A DNA stretch of 61,486 nucleotides, filler included, from Basidiobolus ranarum (taxonomy: Eukaryota), in assembly GCA_040143965.1 (NCBI GenBank). It is 9 parts of 9 records of this genome, joined end to end, with 100 filler letters (N's around TTAATTAATTAA, not from the genome) between each part and the next. Parts side by side here need not be neighbours in the genome. Positions count along the whole stretch, not along the records: positions 20,563 to 27,306 come from JASJQH010008130.1; positions 27,407 to 34,150 come from JASJQH010008131.1; positions 34,251 to 40,992 come from JASJQH010008132.1; 6 more parts are not named here. One strand, 5' to 3'. This document shows positions 24,570 to 38,199 of the stretch, one piece after another (positions within the stretch are counted from its first letter, which is position 1; the number at the start of each line of letters is the position of its first letter). Position numbers and translations under genes: made by a program. The notes below the pieces were generated by a model. That model was not told where the DNA came from. It saw only the letters and a list, made by a program, of their open reading frames with translations, and searched no databases.

Positions 24570-25863
24570 ATGGTTGTCAATTCCTTGGTGAAATTTGGGT
24601 TTTCTTATTCTAATGAAATCCCTACCTTCCTTATGCTGATAACAGTAACTAGTGTATTGGTTTGCATTGGACTGGTGATAAAGGTGGATATATTCTAACT
24701 ATGACTGATTTATTTATCACCATTTCCTAAAGTTATTTTTATAGCTATCAAAAGTGAACTCTAATGTTTTAAGGCGAGTCACTTGGTCCTTCTCACCCAC
24801 CACTTCCAAACCAATATTGCCTAGTACTCTTAGTACCCTACGTGAAACGGGGCTACCGACCTTATGCACGAATCAAATGCCACTCGAGAATAGTCTAAGT
24901 AATATTTCAGAGAAGCGGCTCGACTACAAAGTTAGTGACGCAAAAGTAGCGATAGATAAAACTTTGGGTCTTTCCGAGGTGAAAAAAATTGGCGAAACGG
25001 CCAATATTTCACCTCGCAAGACTTCTCTGACTCAGGCTGTGCCTTCTAATGAAATTAAATCTAAAAAAGATAAACCCCAACATGTGGAGCTTTCGAAACT
25101 AACCGACTCATCAGCAACTAATTCCCAGGAGCTAAACAGTATATCAACTGAAGAATCACACCCCGAGGGTACAAGTGCTAAATCTAAATCGTCACTTGAT
25201 ACAGAAATGGATCACAACTCTCATCGGATAGTGGATACTTCAATAGTAAGTCCTGCGGATGATAAAGATTTCATCGCTATTGAAAAAAGACGGCGCCGAA
25301 AGAACAAGAAAGTCAAAAACCTAGCCAACGGTTCACCACAAACCATCACACAATCCGATAACAAGGTTGAGATTCCTAAACATTCAAAACAAATTCGTCG
25401 TCGCCAGAAAACATCTTCTGCCGAATCGTCTCCACATCAAAGCCCTACATCCTCTCCAAAAGTGGCTAAATTAATATCCTTCAAACAATCCCCAGACAAT
25501 ACCGCCAGTTGTCAATCGCGGGCACCACCAGCAATCCCGGCTAATAACGTAAACGCTTCAATGGTGACAAACACCAGACGACCACATTCAGTTAACCCAC
25601 CGCCCCGAGCCACCTTTATCAATATGGGTTATGACTTTCAACAATGGTATTCCCCATTCGCTTCTGGCTTCCATGTCGATGTTTCCGACCGCCGGCTTGA
25701 CCAAAGGGAGTCTTTGCCAATTTCAAGTAACCGACCCAACCCAAATTTCTCTGTCGCTAAGCAAGCTTCTCAGTTGCCACAGAGAAATAACTTTAGGAGC
25801 GACTCGTATTCCAGATATATTCCTCAAGGACAGCAATTTTCTTTATTTGAGAGAGGGTTCTGA
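24570..25863 (+). CDS. Hypothetical protein: N-terminal transmembrane helix, long S/T/K/P-rich disordered tail; exons 24570-24683, 24745-25863
   Basis: A 369-aa ORF plus an in-frame upstream exon encoding FLMLITVTSVLVCIGLVIK. Contains a basic cluster KRRRRKNKK. Confidence 0.65.
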
Positions 25864-26813
25864 AGAAGTTTTACAATTGTTTAGTTTTTTTTTGAACGCC
25901 AAATTCCAACTAAAGTCACTAGCGATAGTTTCGTCTCTTATCAAGAAAGTTATCAAATATCCAAGCCAGACAAGGTGATTGTAGATATTTAGCGCTTTGT
26001 ATATTCTTTTAACCAACTGATATGACACACAAATAAGAATTTCAAGTTCAATCTTCAGCGAAAAACTTCACAATACTGTTAACAATGTAGTAATTTTCAA
26101 GGGATTAATTCACTTGCACATATTGCCAAAATCCTATTTTGGCCATTGTGAGTGGGAAACCAGCGGGTAAATTTGGAAGATAAAAAATGGAAGTGCAAAA
26201 AGTAAGTTTCGCCAAAAACTAGTCCCAATGTAGTAGCATTCTCGCATATAAATTAATTCCCTTTTAAAAGAGGGGCTGTATCCTAATATTGGACCAAGAT
26301 CAGATATACCGTGATCCTCTAGGATTTTTGTCGTCACCAAGCACCCCAAAATCACAGCCATAGTATTGGGAAGAACTAACCATAAAACCCAAGGGACAGA
26401 CCAAAATTAATGACTATGCAGGTTGGGGATGCAGGAGATTCACAAATTCCCAGGTGCTACCATGAATCTCATGACCAGATGAACTGAATACCAAAAAGAC
26501 GAAACTAATCCAAGGAGGGAGAGCAATCTTCCAGTAGTAAATTTCACTTCTAAGTCACCAAGTAGTTAAATCAGACAATGAAGTAGAATTGATTCATCTA
26601 CATTGAGAAGATGGACCAATTACGTGAGTAGATTGGAATATTGATTGATTGATTGTTGTGAGATCTTGGAATATACCGACTTGATCATTTATTAATGAAA
26701 AAAATGAAAAAAACAACCCCGGTTGGCAATGGGTGATCCGATTCCCTTAATTGAAACTGAATTTTAGTTTGACTCCTTCTCTTGCGTCTTTGGTATCCAC
26801 AAATCCGTTCAAC

Positions 26814-27306
26814 ATGGTACGTTAAAGAAATATGTGGATGAAATTTATCCATCCATCAACATAGTCCCCTCTTACTTTCTCATCCATGAATTATATAAAT
26901 CTCTATGCTTCACTATCATCCAATGAATCCATACGTTGGTGTATAAATCTCCATTTCATATTATATTAACCAGTATTCTCTCTTAATTAGTCCAAGAAAG
27001 CCGGAAAAGTTCAAAAAACCCAAGAACCTATCTCCCTTGGTCCTCAAGTTCGTGAGGGTGAGCTCGTCTTCGGTGTTGCTCACATCTTCGCTTCCTTCAA
27101 CGATACCTTCGTCCACGTTACTGATTTAACTGGTCGTGAAACTATGGTTCGTGTCACTGGTGGTATGAAGGTCAAGGCTGATCGTGATGAATCTTCTCCT
27201 TATGCTGCTATGTTGGCTGCCCAAGATGTTGCTGTTCGTTGCAAGGAACTCGGTATCACCGCTCTTCACATTAAGATTCGTGCTACCGGTGGCAACGGTC
27301 CTAAGA
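26814..27306 (+). CDS. RPS14: 40S ribosomal protein S14 (uS11); ATG-only first exon, intron 26817-26990, cut by the contig end
   Basis: [21 protein letters not shown]...[28 protein letters not shown]. Strong codon bias and a pyrimidine-rich leader. Confidence 0.97.
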
Positions 27307-27406
27307 NNNNNNNNNNNNNNNNNNNNNNNNNNNNNNNNNNNNNNNNNNNNTTAATTAATTAANNNNNNNNNNNNNNNNNNNNNNNNNNNNNNNNNNNNNN
27401 NNNNNN
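27307..27406. other. Artificial contig-joining spacer
   Basis: N44-TTAATTAATTAA-N44. Confidence 0.99.
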
Positions 27407-28133
27407 AACCCGGCCTTTGTTCTTCGACTTGTGATTTCCTGAATTCAAATTTTCATCGCTAGATTCAGAGCCTTCTGGATCAGAACCAAAGTCATTTTGT
27501 TCTATGAGAGGGGCTATTTCAGTGGGGGAGGTAAGTTCTGCTGCCTCAAGAGTGGCAGTAGCCCCTGATTTAGCTTTGTATTCCTCCAATTCTCTCAGAT
27601 ATCTTTCATTGTCGCGTATATGTCTGGTCAAATAGACCTTTATCAAAAACTATAAGTCAAAGAAGTTGGAATGAAATATGGCAATATAAAATTCACCCAC
27701 CGATTTGTCTTCTTCGTTTAGACTTTTCCAAGCAACCCCTAGCTCTCGGGAAACTTGTTGACTAGTGTATTTAGGAAATTTATCCCGAATTTTATCCCTG
27801 GCATCATTACAAAACAAAATGTATGGAGTGAATGGCTTCTTAGGAGCATTGGGATCTTTGATCGCCTTCTTTGTAAACAGTCCACCTTCATGTTCGACTA
27901 CCTTTTTGTATATCTCGGAGATTCTTGTCATACTAAGAGCTAATGATGAATAGTGTTCACTCAACTAGAAAGAAAAGGGGTCGAATGTTAATAAATTATC
28001 GCAATAATTTGAAATCATGGATGTTCAATAATTGGTGCTAAAATTAGGAATAAGGGTTTACCAGTGCTGCATCTGCTACACTAAGCTGGGCAAGTATATT
28101 TGCTCCGGGTGTAGTCTTTTTCGGCCTTGTCAT
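27407..28133 (-). CDS. HMGB/Nhp6-Hmo1-type HMG-box protein; exons 28133-28062, 27964-27701, 27637-27407(cut)
   Basis: KDPNAPKKPFTPYILFCND.R...VSRELGVAWKSLNEEDK|VY...ERYLRELEEY, followed by an acidic/basic tail. Confidence 0.9.
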
Positions 28134-31100
28134 CGAAAGAAATGGTTTGACTGATTGGGTGTTTACTCTACAGGTACTACTCAGTACTGTATGTGAAATA
28201 GAACGAATATAGGACTTTTACCGCAATTAAAAAATTAAACAAAGTGAACCAAACAAGGATGAAGGGTTATGGGATAAAAGAAAGAAGGAAAGAGAAATCC
28301 AACAACACTCCGCAAGCTGTTGGTAAGCCTTTATGTGCTTGACAATTGATGGGGGGATCGCGAGAAGGGGTAGGCAGTGAGTTTGCTGAGGGTTACGCCA
28401 TTATTAAATCGATTGGCTGGAAAGCATAGATAAGGGAGTCGGGCAGTAGACATGGTAAGGTAAGGAGGATATATTGTACTAGGATAGGACTCAGGGCCTA
28501 AACCTCAAACCTATGTCCCAGAATACACTCCTGGCTATCAATTGTGCTAAAGTCTGGGGGGGGGAGTTGTAGGGTGTAAGTATCCCGGACCACTACGATA
28601 TGATAAAAAAGAATCAAATGATAGATGCCAAGATAAAGTAATCATTTCGAAGTTGGTGTATATGAGCGAGTGGGTCAGTTGACAAAGTTGGGGGGTATCG
28701 GGTGGTTTGATTCTACCTATAATCATAACATCATAGTATTAGAGTACGCTTCATTCTTTGAATTATGTGATGCATAAACAGGTTGTTAGTATTCCCAGCC
28801 CACTCTAATCTGGATTTCTTGAAAACCAAACTTGTCGCAATTCGTTGTGGTGTGGAGAGTAACATGGTGGTAAGGCCAAATAAAGAGCACTATATCATGC
28901 ATATATAATTATTTCAAGTTTAGGCGGTGGATTACAGGTTAACAACTATCTAATTTTTATACCTCTCATCAAACAAAAAATACAGTGAAACCGAATGTTG
29001 GAACTCGCATCTGGTAAAATAAGGCCCAGGGGCGTCCAAATAAAGAGTGTGATAGACTTTCAAACGATGAAAAAATACCTGTTTAATATTTAAAGTTAGT
29101 TTAAAGTGTAAATTTAGAGTTCTTTCTGTTGGTGGTGTTTATGCAGAACATTATGATTGAACCATAGGGTGCAGAGCTCAAGTACTTATCTAATTAGACT
29201 TCAAACCTTTGCTAAATCTGATCCAGGTTTGTCAGAAGGCAGATTGTTAAATAACAACATCATATCGCAATTGGTTTATAAATAGAACGTTCATCAGTCA
29301 ATTTTCCTATTAATTGACTATTCTCGAAGGTAAAGTGTAAATACCACTTTGGCGATCTTCTGAGATCTAGCAGACCTTAGTTCAAAAACCTTTAGATACA
29401 TTTGAAGCCTCTCTACTAGTCACTCTTACCATAATAATATCTTAAGCAAGCTACTGGTACAGCCTATTGATTCCATACGGTATTTACTCAAAAGATGAGT
29501 AAAGTTGAGGATTAATATCATCCTGAGTGTCTATCTCAAGGTTGAAGGTTTCTTGCTGATCGAACAGAGTTTCCTGAACATGTCCAAAAGAAGAAGTTTC
29601 CACCAGTGATACAGCCTTTATTGTGATACTACGTATATGTAAGTTTATACATTGAAGCATGTGGTAATGCTTACCCTCTATCTCCAAGCTTATTGTTCAT
29701 AAACCAATATAACTAGTAAAATCTCAGTATATTGAGCCAAGCCTCAGGAGTTATAGTGATATCTACAATTTCATCGGCCTAGGTTTGGCAGGCTAATACG
29801 AGTACTAACAACATTGACATGTAAATCTTTGGATAGTCCAATAAAGTACAATCGAACCCAATATCTAAATTTTTCGCAATGATTGTGCCAATGTTCTTAA
29901 ATGTGAGATTTACCTAGCAACGTTCCTGACTTCAGTTCCGATCTTTAAACTACAGTTATTAGTTTGAATCATGACCTTATAAATGAGGATATTAAAGCAT
30001 ATATCTGTGACATATTCTTGAACTATACATTACCTAGTATGCTATTGATAAACTTGATTGAAACTAATAACTTCTGTACCTAATTGAGGCGCATCAGCCT
30101 ATATAGAAGAATGATGCGGGTATGTGATATGTGGTTACGCAATGGGACCGAAAGTATCAAGACGTGCCTCGGTAGTAAATACGAATTAAGAGGAGCAAAT
30201 GGTTTATAAGAAATAAGTAGTGCAAATCTTGCGGCTAAAAGAATTGCAAATTATCAACCAGGTTTTGATGGATAGAGATTCCTCAATCTAAGCCACAAAA
30301 TAATTTCAGTTGAATCCCAACAATAATATGAAGTTAAATGTTATAGGTAATGTCTAGTAGCTACTGATATAACCAGCCCAAGATTGAGTAGTTAAGCTAT
30401 TCCATAATTTGCTCCATTAAGGCCTGGCTACAAAAGAACTATCACATCTATTTACATCAAGATCGGTGGACGTTGAGATGACTACACATTTTCCCTCTTC
30501 AGAGCATCGAAACCATTCTCTTTGTAGGTATGGTAGGTGTCAAACGATAAAGCTGTAGTAAGGCGAAGAAAGGAATACGAGGGAGTTGATGTATGTATAA
30601 ACTGATAATTGAAGTTGTAGTAATACTGGCCTCTACTCCAGGTTTCGAAATGAGATGTAACAAACGTCATCGTGAGCTATTTATTTGGTGAGTATATTTG
30701 CATAGCTTTGTGCAAGCTCATTGGAATGTTCGTGGGAGTTACTGAGTTTGTGCATGGTGCAATGTGGGCTTATTAGTTTTGTCAATTTGCCGAGGAATTG
30801 GGAGGCAGGGTGAGCGACGTACTATTTCAACTATCCTTTTTATTGAATCAATCTTGCATCCGATCCTTGAGTCCCGGGCCCATTCATGAATATAGCCATA
30901 TGACACGTGTCGTGATCATCATATCATTCTGAAACCAGTGACTGTGAACATCTATCAGCACACCTCCTGATATACGGTTGAATTTCGATCGAATTCTATT
31001 CAATTAGATTATTTTTGTGGTAATTAAGTGGAAGCTATTTTGACAATCTCTTAAGGTATCTTAATTTCTGAAGTATTTATCTCACTTACTGCCTTCACCA

Positions 31101-31222
31101 CAAACAACACCTTGTGATCAGTCACTTCCATTAGGTTCACTACCTCTCAATTACTCTATTTCATCTCTAAAGTTTCGAAATCCCTTAAAAGCATCAGAAA
31201 CTCCTTACTTTAAACGTTTAAT

Positions 31223-31760
31223 ATGTGTAGCTTGAGCACATCCTCCATCAGTAATAGTACAAACCCTGACACAACAGTACTAAATTTACCTAAATCCGTC
31301 ACTCGCAAAGAAAGTGGACTTTATGTCAACTCACATTTAACAGAATACTCCTCCGGTCAAACATCAGGTTTTTATTCTCTTTTTATCTCTTTATCCTCAA
31401 GTACTTGGAAAACTAACACTCCTTTTAGCTCAACAAGAACGATCAAGAGAAACTACATTTGAATCTATGACTAATATAAAGCCAGCACCCATCGATACCA
31501 AAGCTTCTGATACCATCAATTCACCAACACGGTATACACATGTACTTATACTTTATAATGCAAGTACCATGTCTGACTTTTTATTTACTTGTAGACCAGT
31601 AGAAACAATTGAGTATCCAACCCTCGATTTATCTTCTCCAAGTAATGAATACGTTAGCGACGAAAAATTAGCTTCGGATTCTGAATTATCTTTCTTACTA
31701 ACGGAGATGAGAATGAATCCCCCAGAATATAGTCAAACCTATATGCCATATATAGCTTAA
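31223..31760 (+). CDS. Small hypothetical S/T-rich protein with C-terminal PPxY motif; exons 31223-31367, 31429-31531, 31595-31760
   Basis: Two GT-AG introns of about 60 nt join ORFs 31223 and 31467 in frame. Ends NPPEYSQTYMPYIA. Confidence 0.55.
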
Positions 31761-32137
31761 GTTGTAAAGAAACCATAAACTTTCTATTATATTGAGTAGA
31801 ACAAAAGGACTGTATTATTTACCTTCATTCTCTATTTGAATTTCAATTCTTATATGGCAGTTTCTTCATTGTTTACATTGAGCTGTTCAATGAGCATCGT
31901 TCACCTTTCCTTTATAGATAAATATCAGTTGCATTCGGTTTGCTTCACATGTTACCTTTTAAACGAAACCAAATTTATTTCCCCCCTCCTTCTCCACCTC
32001 CCCTTTCATCATACTCGTTCGCTGAAATGATACTATATTGAGATATTATTGGCTTTTCTCACAAATCAATATATTTCAAGAATTCATTGAAATTATGAAA
32101 AATTCCTTTATTTAATAAAATCCAATTTGAAGCTACT

Positions 32138-34020
32138 CTACCACATAAATCTCTGTAATTCGTCCACATTATCCCAAGTGAACGGCCGATACAAGAACAT
32201 GTAGAGCGTAAAAAGGTTAATGGAAAGGTAAACGAAGAACTCCCATGATAATCTGAGATTTGATTCATACTCAGATGAAGAATGAATTCTAATCATCAAA
32301 AATGGCAGAATGAAATACCTAAACTCCAACAATGGAGAGGGTACAAGCACCAACAGAATCGTAATCATGTATAATAAGCACCAGTAGACTGGTAACCCTC
32401 GAACAATCTCACACAGTAGTCTACCGGCTATCACATAAATCGGTGATAGTAGGTACTTCACTAAACTATGAAGTTTGTAGATTTTCTTCCAAACGTAAAA
32501 GCTGTAGTGTCTATTATCGCTGAGTAAAAATGGATGCTCGAATCTACGAATAAAGTGTTATGATACGGGAAATTCAGATATCCTTATACAAGCTCAAGAC
32601 AAGTCTTACGTGAATTTGTAAATAAGAATATTCATGCAGCCTAAAAGTACAGCGAGTTGAGAGAGGGCTTTGAAACTAGACAGAGGAAATGAGGCTCAGT
32701 GATGTTGCTAGGAAGTATAATGTGCATTGCTATACAAACCTTATTGAACTAACATAGCTGTGTATGATTCCAATATTGTTGGAGGTGACAAGGTATGGAG
32801 CGAGGAATGCAGATGTAAAGGAGATGAAGTAGAAGATTTGTGGAAAGTGCAAGCCAGCAATGTGGTTTGATTTGTCGCCTAATAAAATATACTTAATAAG
32901 ACAACAATGATTAAATATATATGATAATCTGCCAACCTAGTACGATTCCACCATTCCATTTAAGAAAGCCAACGAAAAGAATAACGTTGATACAATATGG
33001 AAGCGCCACTAAAAAAACTCTCTTCCAATTGTTTAGGATCTCCCGAACGGTTTGGTCAATCAATTGGACTAGTTGGCCTGAGTAGTTTTGGTCATGAATT
33101 TTAAAATAATGAACTCCATTCTACAATGTAATGAAACTGAAAGCCTTACCAACATGTTTTAATTGCGATAGTCGGAGTCCTATAGCAGAACCTTTCTTAC
33201 GGTTTTCAGAAATCTCCAACAACTCGGTAAATACTGCATTACCAAGTATAAAACAGTTCCATATTACATTTGTTTGACGGAACCAAATAGATACAAAAGA
33301 ACACTAGATGATGGTACCTTAAATAAGCATATTCGCAATCTAGAATAATGCTATTTAATAATAGATATTCATACCAGAGCAGCTATGTAGTTTCGCTTCT
33401 TCAAAGACAACAGGTAGCTGAGCAACACAAAGAAAGTTGAACCAGTATCAGTGTAATATAGGAAGTTGTAGAAGAATCCTACTGGAAAGAAGCTTATGAT
33501 AAGAGCCGTAACAGTGTTTTTCGTAGCAGACTGTTGAGGACGGAGGTGATGAAGGAGACCGAAGAGAACCAAATACACCCCCAAGCCAAGGAGACTGTTC
33601 GTGGCTCGAAGAAAACTGGTAGAGCAACTGATTTTTAACCCAATATTATTTAAATAGTTCAGTGCACTAAATAAAATGTTGGAAAGCAAATAGCTGAACA
33701 AAGAAAAAAGCGGTTACTTAATTTTCAAGGACGATGAGATGTGAATTCCAAGAACAATCTCTTACAGTCCAGGAGGTGTTGTGATCATCGGATCCCAAAT
33801 CAGATATTGACCTTTGCAGTATAACTGGGCTTGAGGGACATGGAAAATCTCATCCTTTAATAGAAACAGTCAATATACCGAGGAATAGAAGAGTAGAAAA
33901 TGTTTAATTTACCATGTAGGATCTAGGAACTATATTGTTGACTAATTGTAATAAGTACCCGTAGATGAGCACGAGTCCAGCAAGAATGGCCAGTGTTAAT
34001 GACATGGCCGTAGTAGCCAT
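32138..34020 (-). CDS. ALG10: Alpha-1,2-glucosyltransferase Alg10/Die2, multi-exon
   Basis: [15 protein letters not shown]....[57 protein letters not shown] and C-terminal QRFMW. Confidence 0.95.
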
Positions 34021-34150
34021 TTTCGAATAGGCTTCTATAAAAGAGCGTTCCCAGTCAAACTGTAGGAATACCTATGCTTTCATAGGTGAGTGTAAATTAT
34101 GGTAATGTTGAGGCTAAAAGGCCAGTATGGGATTTGTGTGTTGAGCTATT

Positions 34151-34250
34151 NNNNNNNNNNNNNNNNNNNNNNNNNNNNNNNNNNNNNNNNNNNNTTAATT
34201 AATTAANNNNNNNNNNNNNNNNNNNNNNNNNNNNNNNNNNNNNNNNNNNN
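34151..34250. other. Artificial contig-joining spacer
   Basis: N44-TTAATTAATTAA-N44. Confidence 0.99.
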
Positions 34251-34590
34251 TAAGTAAATTCCGATTGAGAATAATTGATAATATCTTAGTGAATTATAAG
34301 ATAACTAAGTACTAAGCTATATATGACTATATAGGTGTTTAGGCAATGCTAATTTCAACAATTTCTTCTATCCTTTTCAATATTTCTGATATTTGTCAAG
34401 TATATCCAAAATATATATGACAATTTACTACGCAAAACAAGATATATGAGTAGTTAGGTGCTTAATTCTAATATTTCAACACATCATTAGTACTCGGAGA
34501 GTGTTGAAGTATTTTGGGAGTTGTTGGAGGTGATCTGGAAAGCTAGAAGAATTGGATGTTTTCATTTATTGAGTACAAGTTGACATTTAT
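34251..34590. repeat. Second copy of repeat 'Z' (modules in swapped order)
   Basis: Matches 11815-11925 and then 11595-11690. Confidence 0.75.
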
Positions 34591-34922
34591 ACTTTTGCTG
34601 CTCAATCAACTAGCAATCTGGCATGACAAGCTTTGATATTATTCTTATAAAAAATTGCTGCAATCTAAATAGAGGATCAACCTCATTACTGATGCAATCT
34701 TTCACCGAGACTGTACCTGGATGATTTGGCAGGATTAAAGGCATTATATGTATATATGTAGTAAGTGTTCTGATAAAGAAAAACATCACATATTTATTCT
34801 AGTTATAGTAAGACAACCTAGCAATATACATCAATAACAGTTGTCAGATTTTGAGATGCGTCAAAGTGGGAAAATGAGAGTAGGGAGTGGAAGAGTCCAT
34901 ATACAATACTCATTGAGCTTTC

Positions 34923-37184
34923 CTATTCATAGGAGGGTGGCTCATGGGAATATCCTCTAGCAATACCGGATCTACCCTCTTCAGCGAGCTCGACCTTACT
35001 TTCACCAAGATTTTGCTCCAGACCACGGAATGATCGAGTACTCAAGTATTCACCGGCTGCACTACCCATTAGTGTGGAGATTTGATTGTTTTGATTACGT
35101 AGAGTCAGATCCTTGACAGCGTTGGTGATGGTTTCGTTATCCACTTTAAAAGAAAGGAGTTAGTGAATACTACTTCACCCATATTCTATTTAGTAAACAA
35201 ACCGTCTTTTCCAAATTTGCGAGATTTTTTGAATTGCCCGGTCACAAGAGAGTAATGGGGCTCATCATCACTTTCATCGGGATTCTCTAGCTTTAAATGA
35301 AGATATTGTGAATGACTGTGATTAAACATTGATTTTCCTGCCATGAACTTACTACTTCCTCCTCATCTCCATCTGGGAACATTTTAAGTGTTAGTAGGCT
35401 TCAGTGTGAGAGTAATAAACATGTGAGAAGCAAACCTTGGATCAATTCTTGAAATTCAGTCACATATTCTCCAGTCCATTCTTTATTCCTGCTCGAATGG
35501 TAAGTATCAGGAAGTTGGTTATATAAAATGGGTAGAGCTTACTTTGATAAGGCAATTTCAAGCTCAAATGGAGTGACAACGGGTCTGTAGAATTCCTAAA
35601 TATAAGGGTTAGTATGGGTAAGCAATCTTCAATGGTCAGAGTGATGAATTCAGTTACTTTAGAATCAATCAAAGAATTTTCGGGACAAGCCACCAAAACG
35701 TAAATATCAATCTCCATAAAGTTCGCCATCTTAGCTACATTCAACTTTCCCATTACGAATGTATACTGTTTCTTTCCAGCTTTTTTTATCAGTTTCTTCA
35801 GGTGCTCGATCATACTCATATAGGAAGCTAAATACATTGACGTAAGAAATTTAGCATTCTTGGGTAAGAATCAACGAGACTATACTAACAGACGCCAAGG
35901 GTTCCAACAACAATTCCTATAACGTCGGCATCTTTTGCTTTTTGTACCAAAAAGTATCTACATCAGAAGACACTTTAGTGGAGAACATGCGAGCAAATAA
36001 CAAGTAAAACCGATCTACCTCTTCATCAATGATCTGTTAACCTGGGCACTTTCTTGCCGAGTTTCTTTGGTTTCAGGGTTATAGCTATATACCTGATACG
36101 TGTTAGCAAGGGTGCTAAAGTAGAGCCGTTGAGTTGCCTAAAAACTTACTGTGCACTTATTTTTGGTCATCAAAATGTTGGTTAAAGTTAAACTCTCTCC
36201 ACCGATAAAGAAGAGGGTGTAATCATTGATATCTTTTCCTTCGGGAATATTGTAATTACGACCATTCTCTTCGGTACCCCTGATACACATAGAAGTCATC
36301 AGTACATCAAATGATTTCTACCATTCCAAAAGAAACTTACTCAATGGACTCTAATCGCACAGTCGAAGTGATGATATTTTCGTAACCTTTCTCACTAACC
36401 TTCGTAGCAAACTCCTCTAAATCGTTTGTAAGTTGAGTGCAAGAGTATCTATACATTGGCAATTAACTAGGCTTACCAATACAGTATGCATATGGCACAT
36501 CATATACAAGTAGAATTGGTTGTTTGCGATCTTGCTGAAACAGTTCATCAAATTTCTCAACGCCGTCAACAATGTCTACGGGGAGTTTTCCAAACACATA
36601 CAAGACTGGCATACGAGCGGTACTGTTGTCGTTCAAAGAAGTTATTTTTAAGAAAAGTGGAGAAAACCTCCATCAAAAAAAATTATCAAAAGATAGTTAC
36701 GGGCTGAGACATGATCTGCCATAGTGAATTATCATATCAGCTTCGATATGTTGAGCGGCTACTTCATCTACACAACAGCTATGGTTCACTTCATGTTATT
36801 ATCTTATCTCATGGTCGACTGAACTAAACTGGTATATACCTTCCGTAAGAAGTGTCAGCAAGAATAAAGATATTCTGGTTGGTACGTTTTCTGAGAGCAG
36901 AAGCAACATCAGCAGAGTCTGATAATAATTCATCGGAGAATTGAAGTGCAACCTAGCAAGCAAGTTTATTAGCAATCATTTGCTTTGGAACTCTCGGACA
37001 AACATGTGCTTACTCTCTGATAGCCACCATTAATAATGGCGTTCACACAGCGCTGAATCTCATAAACTTCATCAAGCTCTTCCCGACCGGAAACTAATGA
37101 TTTACTACTAACTTCAAGTGTACGTTCAATTACTGAACTACCATCGTCAGCGAACGTAGCTGGTCCTGATAAAGTGTTTGACAT
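34923..37184 (-). CDS. DPH2: Diphthamide biosynthesis protein 2, about 12-13 exons
   Basis: [29 protein letters not shown]...[33 protein letters not shown], and C-terminal RSFRGLE...[11 protein letters not shown] typical of Dph2. Confidence 0.95.
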
Positions 37185-37517
37185 ATTATCCTTTCACGAA
37201 GTAACCGCTTCAACGCTAGCGACACTATGTTCTAATTATAGTATTGAATTTCTTTTTTTTAATATCGTGATCAAAAAGATTTATAATTGGCTGTATATCG
37301 AGAATCATCGTCAAGAAGAAAATAAACCTGATTAGAAATCAAAAATTCCCTGGAGAATGGTTGACTCTGGGAGTACATTTATATACAGCCTAATGCGGAA
37401 TCTGTATATTTGGATTATTTAGTCTACATTTAAACATCTGACATAAGTAGAGAAAGGGTGAAGTTGAGACATCACTTGCGCATCAACCTCTCGATTTTGT
37501 TAACGCTCATATAGTCC

Positions 37518-37833
37518 CTCAAGGGTTTCCCAAGCATTTTGGATGTTTTTGGGTGACTTTTTGTGCCTCAATTGAGAATCTCAGAGATGTGGACAAAGTG
37601 TAGCAAGTGCTTTCATCTGCTTCTTGTGAAAGGCAAGGACAGTCTCTGGTGCTCCCTTTGGCTCTATATCTTCTCCTGTAAAAAATCGAACAAGGGTTCT
37701 TGTCTTCTATACCATTTGAATCCTGAGCTTCCATAGGTGAAGATCTTCACCATCAAATTTATGTATGGATTCAAAAATGTTAGTAATAGTACTGGTAGAC
37801 ATTCCTTTAACAGCTAGCTTGGGGCTCATAACC
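37518..37833 (-). mobile_element. Copia 5' fragment: PBS (GGTTATGAGCCC, 37833-37822) and gag N-terminus
   Basis: The minus strand reads ESIHKFDGEDLHLWKLRIQMV, the copia gag N-terminal motif. Colinear with 3427-3715. Confidence 0.85.
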
Positions 37834-38182
37834 TTAAACTAGTGTTTAGGGGACTTGGAAGTATTTGGACAAGATTTGGATTTGTAAATAAGACACTTAT
37901 GTTTAATTGAATGGAATATGTTCTATTTATAGCTCACTATGATATAAAACTGTTGTATGTGCTCAGATGGTAACTAACATGCATGCTAAGCAAGGGTGAA
38001 AACCTGAGGTGATTTGTAGATGTATTAAGAAATAGTGAAAGTTGGTAAAAGTGATCTAATTGATATTTCTATCAATCAGAGCAGTAAAAACACATTTTAA
38101 ATGGCAGAATTGAGTGCTAAATATTCAGAATATGAATAAACTAGCTATGCCATAATGAGTTGCTATTTATCTAATTTCAACA
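37834..38182 (-). repeat. Copia LTR (~349 bp), 5' end TGTTGAA
   Basis: The reverse complement starts TGTTGAA at 38182, is colinear with 3084-3426 and is followed directly by the PBS. Confidence 0.85.
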
Positions 38183-38199
38183 AAAGGAAATACATTCTG

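Noticed and set aside
27407-28133. HMG gene as a SexP/SexM mating-type locus
   Set aside because: The KDPNAPKKP..Y..F signature is HMGB/Nhp6 class, not MATA-HMG. No TPT or RNA-helicase flanking gene is present on the contig.
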